This document shows, in pieces, positions 27,955 to 37,711 of a DNA stretch of 50,168 bases. The position numbers and the translations under genes are program-made. Positions within the stretch are counted from its first letter, which is position 1. Every line of letters begins with the position of its first letter. The notes beneath the pieces are model-generated. The model had not been told where the DNA came from, ran no database searches, and saw only the letters and a program-made list of their open reading frames with translations. This DNA is from an uncultured archaeon (GTDB lineage: Archaea > Asgardarchaeota > Lokiarchaeia > Sigyniarchaeales > SOKP01): contig CAZOYD010000022.1 in the NCBI GenBank assembly GCA_964583985.1, forward strand, positions 1 through 50,168, read 5' to 3'.

Positions 27955-29439
27955 ATGTCAAGTATCGAGCAAATATTCAAGAACGTATTAAAGGATATCG
28001 TACCAACGATAAACGAGATCTCAACCATAAATCATGTAGTCGATAAACTAAAAGATTTATTGGAGAAAAGAGCTCGAGAACAGGACATACAATACACGAA
28101 CATGGAACCTCAAGGATCGACGGGTATTAAGCAAACTCAATTGAGAAATGATTTTGACATAGATTTTTTTATTGGTCTTAACTTCAGTGGATTTTCCCCA
28201 AAATACGAAGGATTGAGCAAGAACAAGCGTAAAAAATTATCCAAGAAGGATTTTCTCTTTTTATGTAATGAATGGATTATCAAAGCATTAACCACGGATG
28301 AATTTAAAAACCCTAGCTTGCTTTATGCGGAACATCCCTACGTAAAAGTCGATTACATATCAGATAAAATTAACTTAAAGGTAGATATTGTATTATATTT
28401 TGATCTGCCACTCGAATACATAAAAAAACATGGACCAATTACAGCTGTTGATCGTTCCCCTTGGCATGGTAGATTTGTCAGAGATAACCTCACTGATACC
28501 CAAAAAGATGACGTGAGGCTGCTCAAGCAATTTTTTAAAGCATGTCATAGTTATGGGGATAAAAGTGCCGTAGGAAAAGCTGGTTTCATAGGTTACAGCG
28601 CAGAACTACTCATTTACCATTATAAGAACTTACATAATTTATTTTTCAATTTTAATAATCTACCTAACACTCCTCTTGATTACTATAACAGAAGCATTAA
28701 AGAGATACGAAAGAAGCCTCACATGCGTGAGGATACCTTAATCATCATTGATCCAATAGATCAAAATAGAAATGTCGCTTCAGCTATTTCTGAAAGATCA
28801 TATAGATATTGCAACCACCAAATTCAAGAATTCTTAAAAAATCCCAAAGAGGAATCGTTTCAAATTACAGAAATTCCTGACTACGTAGATATGAAAAATG
28901 ATGACACGCTTAGTAATAATTTCTTTATTATCGAACTCAAAAATTTAAATCAAGAAATACATTACACGATTAATAGAGATAAATTATATTCCCTCGGAGA
29001 TAATATAAAATCAAATGGCGAAATTGAACCTTCTCATGCTCAGAGATTTGGTAATATCGAATTTGAAGTCTATTTTGAAGATGAGATTGAAGAATATAAT
29101 GTCGCAATTTATTGTTCAAATCCAAAAATATCGCATTCATACCTCCGAAAAGGACCACCAACAAATGAAAAATCACACGTGAATAAATTTAAATCCAAAA
29201 ATCCTAACTACATTGAAAAGCAAGGATATCTTTGGATTGACACCAAGCGAGAATTTACTGAATTTATGGATTTCTTAAAAAATGATTCCATGCTCAAACT
29301 TCCCGAAAATTTTGAAATAACCAACATGTCAGATTCTAAAAATGCAATAACACGTTCTGGTAAAAAAGCAATTTACGTGTTAAGAAACATGGTTTTACCC
29401 TTTTGTTATGAAAGAGCAAGAGTTTCTCCTAAATCCTAA
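27955..29439 (+). CDS. cca: Archaeal (class I) CCA-adding tRNA nucleotidyltransferase
   Basis: GSTGIKQTQLRNDFDIDFF nucleotidyltransferase motif, YAEHPYV, TAVDRSPWH, VRLLKQF, GFIGYSAELL, IDPIDQNRNVASA. Confidence 0.92.
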   Translation: MSSIEQIFKNVLKDIVPTINEISTINHVVDKLKDLLEKRAREQDIQYTNMEPQGSTGIKQTQLRNDFDIDFFIGLNFSGFSPKYEGLSKNKRKKLSKKDFLFLCNEWIIKALTTDEFKNPSLLYAEHPYVKVDYISDKINLKVDIVLYFDLPLEYIKKHGPITAVDRSPWHGRFVRDNLTDTQKDDVRLLKQFFKACHSYGDKSAVGKAGFIGYSAELLIYHYKNLHNLFFNFNNLPNTPLDYYNRSIKEIRKKPHMREDTLIIIDPIDQNRNVASAISERSYRYCNHQIQEFLKNPKEESFQITEIPDYVDMKNDDTLSNNFFIIELKNLNQEIHYTINRDKLYSLGDNIKSNGEIEPSHAQRFGNIEFEVYFEDEIEEYNVAIYCSNPKISHSYLRKGPPTNEKSHVNKFKSKNPNYIEKQGYLWIDTKREFTEFMDFLKNDSMLKLPENFEITNMSDSKNAITRSGKKAIYVLRNMVLPFCYERARVSPKS

Positions 29440-29591
29440 ATTTAAAAGATGAGAGATGGGATTATAGGGGGATTTAATGCAAACAATTTTCGATATTTGC
29501 CGATTTATTGCTTATTTTCATAAAATTTTTATCATTTCTTTCACTTTTATCAATATCGATAATATTCGAATTTTATAAATAGGTAATAATT

Positions 29592-31844
29592 ATGGTTAAA
29601 GTAAAAAATCCTGAAGATATCGCCCGCATGGTAACAAGTACGAACTTTGAAAAAAAGAGAATTTTTTCCATTGTGGCCCATATTGATCACGGTAAAACAA
29701 CTGCATCAGACTATCTACTACGTAGAGCAGGTCTCATGCGAGAAGAAGATGCTGGCCAGCTCCAAATGACCGATTCAGATGAGGAAGAGCAAGCAAGAGG
29801 TATCACAATCTTCACATCCGTCGTTTTGCTTTCATTCGAAGACTCGCGAACACCTGAAGACAAAGAGCCCTATATCTTCCAGATTAATGATACACCCGGA
29901 CATATCTCATTTACGGGAGAAGTTTCACGAGCCCTTCGGGGTTCTGATGGCGCTATTATTTTAGTTGACGCACTTGAAGGTGTCATGACGCAAACTGAAA
30001 CAAATATAAGACTTGCCGTAGGAGAAGAATATTGCAAGCCGGTGTTATTTATTAACAAGGTAGATCGCTTAATAAGTGAGCTAAAACTCTCTCCCCAAGC
30101 AACATTTGAGAAAATTGATAAAATTTCAATGCAAGTAAATGATTTGATTAAGAAAATCCGCCCTGAAGGTTCAGATTGGGGCGTCGATTTTTCAAAGAAT
30201 AGCGTTGCAGTAGGTTCAGCTAAGCATGGTTGGGGCTTTACATATGAAATCCTTCTTGAAAAAAAACTAAAACCTCAAGATGTGTTTCAAAAATATAATG
30301 AAGGAAACATTCAATGGTTACGAGAAAATCTTCCATTAGATGAACCAATGTTGAGAATGGTTGTGGATCATTTACCCGACCCAACAACTGCTGCAAAATA
30401 TCGAATTCCCCATATATGGGGTGGAGACTTGGATTCTGAGTTAGGTAAAGCTCTTGTAGCAAGTGATCCTAATGGTCCTCTCTATGGAATGATTACAAAA
30501 ATTTTTCTTGATCCCAAGAAGAATTATCAAGCAACGCTCATCGGTAGAGTATTTTCTGGAACATTTCATCATACCGATTCAATTTATTTAGTTGGAAATA
30601 GAACAGTAAATAGAGTAAAACGTCTTGGAGTGATGGAAATCACCGATATTTTGGATGTTGAAAAAATTCCAGCAGGAAACCTGTTTGCAATTTATGGGTT
30701 TATTTGTCCTTCTGGTGAAACATTCATGAACGCTAATGATGTACCAAGAGATAAAGAAGAACAAGCAATGCTTCCATCTTTTGAAAAGATTAGCTATGCA
30801 TGTGAAGCAGTGGTATCGCGAAGTATTAAAGCAAAAGATCCACATGATATAGCAAAACTTGGAGACGTAGTCGGAAAATGGTTACAAGCTGATCCAACTG
30901 CTCAATTCCGTCTCGATAAAGAATCAATGGAATACATTCTCTCCGGCATTGATCCACTTCAAATTGACATTCTTACCAAGCGGATTAATAATCAAGTGAA
31001 AATAGATATTGGAGAACCTATTATCGTTTACAGGGAAAAGATTACAGCGAAAAGCAAGGACTTTCATACGAAATCCTCTAATAGTCATAACAGAATGCTC
31101 ATGTACATGGAACCTCTAGATGAAATAACAGAAAATTTAATAGAAAGTGGAAAGATCAATGAATTAATGGATGATAAAACTAAGGCAAAGATACTACGTG
31201 ATGAAGCTGGATGGGATGCTAAAGAAGCACGCCGAATTGTCGATGTATATAATGGAAACTTATTGGTTAATGGTACTTCTGGGCTCCAAAGGTTTGATAG
31301 GATCAAATCATACTTATCTGCAGCTTTTAGAGAGTGGTTAGAAGGAGCTATCTTAGCAAAAGAACCCGCTGCAGGCATAAAAGTTGTATTCACTGATTTA
31401 ACCATTCACGAAGATCCAGCACATACAGGATACAATCAAATCGCTAGCATGACCTTCTCCGCGTTTTCTATGGCAATGTTAGATGCTAAACCACATCTCT
31501 TTGAGCCTGTCCAAAAAATAGACGTTAAAACACCACAAGGTACGGAATCAGGTGTATTAGCAATCATCAACAAGCACAGAGGAAGAGTGTTAAACGTGAT
31601 TCCCGAAGGAGAATACGTGCGCGTTCAAGGACAACTTCCTGCGGCAGAATTAATCGGTATTGCTGATGAAATTAGAGGCTCCACTCAAGGTAGAGCGTTT
31701 TTTGGTTATGAATTTTTAGGATTTGAAAAAGTACCACCAAGCATTGAAGAAAGTTTAATCCTTGAAATTAGGAAAAGAAAGGGGATGCCGCTTGAAATGC
31801 CAAATAAATCAAGCTGGGACCGCTTTTTATATAAGAAATCGTAA
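29592..31844 (+). CDS. fusA: Elongation factor EF-2 family GTPase, probably the Asgard paralog aEF-2p
   Basis: AHIDHGKTT, EQARGITI, DTPGH, NKVD. The diphthamide loop reads HEDPAHTG, not HRG. Not beside rpS12/rpS7 genes. Confidence 0.9.
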   Translation: MVKVKNPEDIARMVTSTNFEKKRIFSIVAHIDHGKTTASDYLLRRAGLMREEDAGQLQMTDSDEEEQARGITIFTSVVLLSFEDSRTPEDKEPYIFQINDTPGHISFTGEVSRALRGSDGAIILVDALEGVMTQTETNIRLAVGEEYCKPVLFINKVDRLISELKLSPQATFEKIDKISMQVNDLIKKIRPEGSDWGVDFSKNSVAVGSAKHGWGFTYEILLEKKLKPQDVFQKYNEGNIQWLRENLPLDEPMLRMVVDHLPDPTTAAKYRIPHIWGGDLDSELGKALVASDPNGPLYGMITKIFLDPKKNYQATLIGRVFSGTFHHTDSIYLVGNRTVNRVKRLGVMEITDILDVEKIPAGNLFAIYGFICPSGETFMNANDVPRDKEEQAMLPSFEKISYACEAVVSRSIKAKDPHDIAKLGDVVGKWLQADPTAQFRLDKESMEYILSGIDPLQIDILTKRINNQVKIDIGEPIIVYREKITAKSKDFHTKSSNSHNRMLMYMEPLDEITENLIESGKINELMDDKTKAKILRDEAGWDAKEARRIVDVYNGNLLVNGTSGLQRFDRIKSYLSAAFREWLEGAILAKEPAAGIKVVFTDLTIHEDPAHTGYNQIASMTFSAFSMAMLDAKPHLFEPVQKIDVKTPQGTESGVLAIINKHRGRVLNVIPEGEYVRVQGQLPAAELIGIADEIRGSTQGRAFFGYEFLGFEKVPPSIEESLILEIRKRKGMPLEMPNKSSWDRFLYKKS

Positions 31845-32153
31845 TACATCCTCTATATTCTAATTCTTTTCTATTTACTCTTTTAGTTTTTAAGTGTATT
31901 TGTCTTTAATTACCAAATTGGCGACTTGTTGAAAATTTTAATAGCTTTTGTTTTTTTATAGCTTCTATGATATCATATATGACCCACTCCAAGTTAAAAA
32001 TGATGCCTTTGAAATCATCTAAATTGAATTTCCCCTCTAACTATTTGAATTAAGACCTAATTATATTTGTTGAAAGAATATTAAAATTTAAAGAATTAGA
32101 TTGTCATTATTATCTTAATATAAAATAAATATCCGTTTTTTACTCTTACAAAG

Positions 32154-33071
32154 ATGACTGAAGATAATAAAAATCCCTCTGAAGATGAAGATGATCAAGA
32201 GAGAGAGAATGCAGATCTAAATAATCTTAAAGATGATTTGAAAACATATCTGGAAGAGATGAAAACCCTTGAAACTGATTTTTCTGATATGGACGATCTC
32301 GATTTTGAAGAAATACAAGCCATGCAAAATGCTGTTGACAAAATGCGTGATATAGATGCACTTGATAAAGACATTCCCAATGAACCGATCTCAAAGGATA
32401 TGTCTGAAGAACAACAAGAATTTGTTTCTGAAAAAGAGAGATACGTTGCTGGAAGAGAATCGTTATTAGCGGATTTTTCAGATCTTGATGAAATTGGATT
32501 TGATGAACTTAAAGAAATGCAGGAAGCAATGAAAACCGTAAGACAAGAAGATGACACACCACAATTAAAACAAGAAATTTCAATGCCATTAGCTCCTGGA
32601 ATGTCCAGCGAGTTAGAAAAACGAATAGAACAAGAATTATTGGAAAGAAAAGAAGAAGTAGTAAAAGACATCATTACCCCAGAAAAATTCATCGATCACG
32701 CACGCAATAAACGGGACAAGATATGGTATCATGCCCTTCATTATATGATATATCATGCTGAGGATCATGTGGCAAGTAAAGAATTATTATATGAGATGTT
32801 AAAAGAGGTAACTAGTAAGAGCCCAATCGATCCAATCCCAGAACATCAATTTTATTTTGGGCTTGGATATGTATTAAGATTAACACTAAATGATAAACAA
32901 ATTATTCGATATATTAAAGGGGGAAAATTTAAACTCAACGTATCTCCAAAAGGGTTAAAAGAACTCTTAGACCAAGTTGGAGAGCCAATAAGCACTCGTC
33001 CTGTTATTAAAGAAGAAGAAAAGAAGCAAATGTTTCAAGATTTTCTCAAAGATGATTTTTTAGATATTTAA
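32154..33071 (+). CDS. Hypothetical protein; acidic N-terminal half with a duplicated motif and a globular (possibly winged-helix) C-terminal domain
   Basis: DFSDMDDLDFEEIQAMQNAV and DFSDLDEIGFDELKEMQEAM repeats. Confidence 0.7.
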   Translation: MTEDNKNPSEDEDDQERENADLNNLKDDLKTYLEEMKTLETDFSDMDDLDFEEIQAMQNAVDKMRDIDALDKDIPNEPISKDMSEEQQEFVSEKERYVAGRESLLADFSDLDEIGFDELKEMQEAMKTVRQEDDTPQLKQEISMPLAPGMSSELEKRIEQELLERKEEVVKDIITPEKFIDHARNKRDKIWYHALHYMIYHAEDHVASKELLYEMLKEVTSKSPIDPIPEHQFYFGLGYVLRLTLNDKQIIRYIKGGKFKLNVSPKGLKELLDQVGEPISTRPVIKEEEKKQMFQDFLKDDFLDI

Positions 33072-33093
33072 ATCAACATTACTTTATTATATT

Positions 33094-33717
33094 ATGACGC
33101 AAAAACCCTCATTATTAATCATTGGAAACTCTAATGTTGGAAAAAGCTCAATTACAAGATTACTTCTTTCCAACCCTCGTAAATTCAAAGGTAAAAGTGG
33201 GAAAACTCCTGGGAGTACTTTATTAGTTAAACCTATTACTCAACCTAATATGCTATATCAAATAATAGATTTACCTGGATTTGGGTACATGAGTCATTCA
33301 AGTACTCGAAGGACAGAACATATAAAGAAACAGATCGTTATACATATAGAGAAGCATTATAAGGATTATTTTTTAGGTTTCATCGTTCTTAATATCCTAA
33401 GAATTGAAGATGAGATTCAGAAATACTTTATTGATAATCAACAGACTGTCCCATTAAGTTTTGAACTAATAAAATTCTTAAAGGAATTTGAGATTCCTCT
33501 ATTGATTATTATAAACAAAATCGATAAAGTATCAAATATCGATAAAACCAAAATACTTAACTTATTTTTAAAATCAGCTGAAGAATTCGGTTTAGATCTC
33601 ATGCATCTTGATGAATTCTTCAAGGAGAACAACGGGCAACTACCATATATTGAATTTTCTGCTCTAAACAAAGAAAATCTTGATAAATTAAAAAAGATGG
33701 TAAAACAAAACCTTTAA
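33094..33717 (+). CDS. engB: EngB/YihA-family GTP-binding protein
   Basis: GNSNVGKSS, GKTPGST, IDLPGFGY, NKID, FSA. Confidence 0.88.
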   Translation: MTQKPSLLIIGNSNVGKSSITRLLLSNPRKFKGKSGKTPGSTLLVKPITQPNMLYQIIDLPGFGYMSHSSTRRTEHIKKQIVIHIEKHYKDYFLGFIVLNILRIEDEIQKYFIDNQQTVPLSFELIKFLKEFEIPLLIIINKIDKVSNIDKTKILNLFLKSAEEFGLDLMHLDEFFKENNGQLPYIEFSALNKENLDKLKKMVKQNL

Positions 33718-33739
33718 TATTAAATCGCAAATTTAAATT

Positions 33740-34345
33740 TCAAAAACCAATGATCTTACTGATATAATACTTCAAATCCTCATATTTTCTTATACTGGGA
33801 AAATCAGGGAATTCTTTCTCAACATTGATTGGAGGTCCAAATAGGATTCCATGATCTGCTGTTTTTAACATGTCGATATCATTATAAGAATCTCCAATAG
33901 CAATTGTTTTGTAATTCATTTCCTTGAACTTTTGTATTGTTATCTTTTTCATTTCTTTAATTCTTAATACATAATCGATAATTATCCCCTCATTATTTAC
34001 CCTAAGGTCATGACAGAATGCAAATGGATTTCCTAATTTTTTTAATAGTGGCATTGCAAATTCTTTAAAACTATCTGTTATAATAACAACTTGGGTGTAA
34101 ATTTTTAACCAATTGATAAATTCAGATGCCCCTTCTAAAGGATTTATGGTATTAATTATAGCTTGAATATGTGGCAAAGAAATTCCATTTTCTTGCAGGA
34201 TTTTTAATCGTCTTCTCATTAATTTATCATAATTTGACTCATCTCTAGTGGTTATTTTGAGCTCCTCTATTCCTGTTTTTAAAGCAATGTTAATCCATAT
34301 TTCAGGAATAAGCACGCCCTCCAAATCCAAGCAGATAATATACAT
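33740..34345 (-). CDS. thrH: Phosphoserine phosphatase/homoserine phosphotransferase ThrH
   Basis: CLDLEGVLIPEIWI, TTRDESNYDKLM, GDSYNDIDML. Confidence 0.92.
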   Translation of the reverse strand: MYIICLDLEGVLIPEIWINIALKTGIEELKITTRDESNYDKLMRRRLKILQENGISLPHIQAIINTINPLEGASEFINWLKIYTQVVIITDSFKEFAMPLLKKLGNPFAFCHDLRVNNEGIIIDYVLRIKEMKKITIQKFKEMNYKTIAIGDSYNDIDMLKTADHGILFGPPINVEKEFPDFPSIRKYEDLKYYISKIIGF

Positions 34346-34407
34346 GATTAAAGAAGAAAATTTGAAATACTTTTTATTTTTAATTGTTAAAAAAGTACCT
34401 GAGAATT

Positions 34408-35706
34408 TTATGGCTCGGTTATTATTGGATCTTTATCTTTATCCCAATTCACAGCAAATAAGATGTCCCTGCTAGTTTCGTTTGTGTAGATTATGGGAAA
34501 ATTGCTAAATTCTTGGAATTTTAAAGCAATATTATACAAATATTTAAAATCTGGAAAGTGATCTTGAAGTGGTCGTTCACTCTTTAATCGTTCTTTAATT
34601 AATAATGCTTTCGCTTGTAAAGTAAATCCCTTAATTTCAAAAAAGTTCGGGTTTGCTTTTCCTACAATTTTCGCATATTCCTTAATTAAAGTTTCATTAA
34701 TATTTAGATCCTTAACAGCAGTAAGTCTTATCAACGTTCGGCAATCTAAAGTTTCAATAAGGTCCATTGTGTCCAAGATACGATTCCAGCCATCACGAAT
34801 CATTGGTCTACATGTTTTTTCATATATATTTTTATTAGGAGCAGCAAGCGTGAAATAAAATTGTGAAGGTAATGTGTCCATAGTTTTAATTACATCTGGC
34901 ATCGTGCTATTAGTTACGATAAAAGTAGTCATATTTCTTTTTCTAAATTCATCCACTAAACCATCGATTTCTGGATATAATAGAGGTTCACCATCCAATG
35001 AAATCGCTGCGTGATTAGGATTCATCGCTTCACTATGAGCGTTCATGATATCATCAGGATCTGTAAGTTCAAGATTTATCAACCTCTCAACCTCATCCTT
35101 AGAATCGATACAACACGAAATGTCTCCGTCTGTAACATATTGATTTAATAAAGAAGGTTGGGAATGTATAAATTTCTGATTTTTTAACAAGTTAATAGCT
35201 CTATCAATTTTATTAGAACTAACATGAAGTTCCCGTGATAATGAATTAATCGTGTGTTTACCATGGTTATGCAACATGAAATACATGATATCATTCATTA
35301 TTTCATAATTATCCAGATATCTTCTTAAAGGTAGGTGGTTTTTAATGATATCTTGATGGTGTCGAATCATCTCATCAACTAATTCTCTTGGATCATCAGG
35401 ATCTACAATAAATTCACTTCCTAATGTCCCTAATTCTACATCTCTCCAACAAAAAACACATTGATGGTTACAAAATGGCATTGAAGGTGTATTTTGAAGG
35501 CATCTATGACTTTGAATTCCAAAAACGCTTTTATAACAATTACGATTGTCTCTGCCTGTCATTAGTCTTTGTTCCAACCAATGACATGGTTTAATAGCAG
35601 AGTGTTTATTCGAACCTACTATCCGATACAATGTTTTAGTATACTTATCTACAAATTCATTTGTAATCTTGTTGTTAATTATATATTTATTATTCATGAC
35701 GGTCAT
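34408..35706 (-). CDS. taw1: 4-demethylwyosine synthase Tyw1/Taw1 (radical SAM) with an inserted winged-helix-like domain
   Basis: HSAIKPCHW, CYK (Schiff-base Lys), GIQSHRCLQNTP, CNHQCVFCWR, HAAISLDGEPLLYP, FFEIKGF. Confidence 0.92.
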   Translation of the reverse strand: MTVMNNKYIINNKITNEFVDKYTKTLYRIVGSNKHSAIKPCHWLEQRLMTGRDNRNCYKSVFGIQSHRCLQNTPSMPFCNHQCVFCWRDVELGTLGSEFIVDPDDPRELVDEMIRHHQDIIKNHLPLRRYLDNYEIMNDIMYFMLHNHGKHTINSLSRELHVSSNKIDRAINLLKNQKFIHSQPSLLNQYVTDGDISCCIDSKDEVERLINLELTDPDDIMNAHSEAMNPNHAAISLDGEPLLYPEIDGLVDEFRKRNMTTFIVTNSTMPDVIKTMDTLPSQFYFTLAAPNKNIYEKTCRPMIRDGWNRILDTMDLIETLDCRTLIRLTAVKDLNINETLIKEYAKIVGKANPNFFEIKGFTLQAKALLIKERLKSERPLQDHFPDFKYLYNIALKFQEFSNFPIIYTNETSRDILFAVNWDKDKDPIITEP

Positions 35707-35869
35707 TTTTCTCCAGAGTGAATCAGCAAACTATTAAATGATTATAGATGAAAGTATTTTATCAGAGTAAAAACAGCTATAATCTTAAATAAAAATTTTT
35801 ATTTAGAATTATAAGTCATGAAGTAATTAGGAAGACACTTATAAATTATAATTGATTTAGCATTAAAAA

Positions 35870-36760
35870 TTGGATGAGATATTCATGTTAAATAATATTA
35901 AAAGTCAAATGATGAATTTCGGGTTAAAATTCTTATCTGTAGACGATAAAATTGTGAGGATGCTATTGGAAACAGCTTCATCAAACATAAATGAGATTGT
36001 TATTTTACCAGCTGTTAAAACAGTTATGAAAAAATTAGTTAAGAAATTGCATAACAAGATTTCTCATGGAATCGTTTATAATGGAATTCTAAATGGAATT
36101 CGAGTCAGCATCATTTTATCTCATATTGGTTGTCCAAATATCGCGATGATAATGGAAAGTTTAAAACGTTGCAAGACAAAAGTAGTATTAAGAGTGGATT
36201 TATGTGGAGGAATACAAGGAAATGAAGAGGAAATCACGGTTGGCGATGTTTTAGTTCCTAAATTAGCATATTGTGATGATGGTACGAGTCCCCAATATAT
36301 TCGTTCTAATGCTTCTTTACAATCTCTATTAAAATCCATCAATAATCCATTGAAAATGATTCAAAATATGGATACAGGTAATCAAATCGTTTATTACTCA
36401 AAACCTGATGAAGTTTTAAAGGAAATGCTAATGAAGACAGGTAGGAACATTAATCCAAGGATAAAAGAAGTAGATTTTTGGACTACTGATGCCTTATTTT
36501 GCGAAAATTCTGAATTTGTAAGATCCTTACAATCTATCAATGTGCAAGGAATTGATATGGAATCCTCAGTTTTATTTTTGTTAGGCACGCTTTTTAATAT
36601 AAAAACAGCGTCAATTCTTGCGGTAACAGATCTTCCAGGTCATCCCAAATATGATCTACTTTGTTCAAATGAACTCCATCCTAACATGGAAAAAGGGATT
36701 GATGATGCTATTAAAATCGTTATCGAATCTTTGCCCAAAATTAAATCTCTATTTGTTTGA
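35870..36760 (+). CDS. Nucleoside phosphorylase (PNP/UDP family 1)
   Basis: HIGCPNIA, LRVDLCGG, DDGTSPQY, WTTDALF, IDMESS. Confidence 0.85.
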   Translation: MDEIFMLNNIKSQMMNFGLKFLSVDDKIVRMLLETASSNINEIVILPAVKTVMKKLVKKLHNKISHGIVYNGILNGIRVSIILSHIGCPNIAMIMESLKRCKTKVVLRVDLCGGIQGNEEEITVGDVLVPKLAYCDDGTSPQYIRSNASLQSLLKSINNPLKMIQNMDTGNQIVYYSKPDEVLKEMLMKTGRNINPRIKEVDFWTTDALFCENSEFVRSLQSINVQGIDMESSVLFLLGTLFNIKTASILAVTDLPGHPKYDLLCSNELHPNMEKGIDDAIKIVIESLPKIKSLFV

Positions 36761-36788
36761 TTAAAAAATCGGGCTTTTGGGTTCAACT

Positions 36789-37691
36789 TTATAATCCTTT
36801 TAATAACTGAGAGAAATCTGGTTCTTTGAAAAATTCATTGTACTTCTTTAATAGCTCAATATTAACCAAATGGATTTTATCATTTTTTTGATTAATCGTT
36901 GTTTTAACTAAATCTAAATCTTTTAGCTTTTTGATATGGTATTGTATGGTTCCTGCATATATATCGAGAATTTCTCCAACTTTAGTAATTGTGATTGTTT
37001 CCTCTTTAAAAATTAATTCCACGATTTTGGGTATTAAAGGATTTGTAAAGATGACTCGATATTTATCGAAATTTTCGGGAACTTCCGCGAGAAAATAATG
37101 GAGGGTTTTGCCTATTTTCCTTGAACGTATTAATTTAAATCTTTCCAAGGTCATTACATGCTTTAAAAATGGTGTGCGTGTAATATTCAATTCCCGTTCT
37201 ATTTTTTCATCCCTTGCATGTATTCCGGGGTTCTCTTGTATAAAATCTAATATTGAAACCAGTTTTTCATTTGTTAATATTTCCAGTTTTGTTCTGCGTT
37301 CACTCGTTACAATCCAACTTTTTTCTTCTAAGCTACGAATAGCAAGAAAGATATCTTCTTTACTATATCCTTTCTTATAAGCTAATTTTGCAATACATTT
37401 TGCATATAACTTTTCAAGGATTGGATATTTCTGAAGTTCAGATTCAGTATCTACTTCAATATCAAAATCAGCGTCATAACGTTTTAATTTTAAGATGTTC
37501 TCCGCAATTGTTAATACATCCTTCTCGATCTCAGTTAAATCTTCAACAATTTCTAATGGTTTAGGAGGTTTTGGGTGCTCTTCTGTTTTTTTAGATACTA
37601 ATGGAGTAAAATCTAATTGTCTAAATGAACTTTCCTCTAGCTTTACTTCCTCTTTATTTCCTCTGGGCTCTCTTCTTTTTTCAAGCGACAT
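36789..37691 (-). CDS. Multi-winged-helix transcriptional regulator (ArsR/MarR-like tandem wHTH)
   Basis: ILDFIQENPGIH...HVMTLERFKLIRSRKIG and ITKVGEILDIYAGTIQYHIKKLKDLDLV. Confidence 0.78.
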   Translation of the reverse strand: MSLEKRREPRGNKEEVKLEESSFRQLDFTPLVSKKTEEHPKPPKPLEIVEDLTEIEKDVLTIAENILKLKRYDADFDIEVDTESELQKYPILEKLYAKCIAKLAYKKGYSKEDIFLAIRSLEEKSWIVTSERRTKLEILTNEKLVSILDFIQENPGIHARDEKIERELNITRTPFLKHVMTLERFKLIRSRKIGKTLHYFLAEVPENFDKYRVIFTNPLIPKIVELIFKEETITITKVGEILDIYAGTIQYHIKKLKDLDLVKTTINQKNDKIHLVNIELLKKYNEFFKEPDFSQLLKGL

Positions 37692-37711
37692 TTTGGAAAG
37701 TTCACTCTAAA

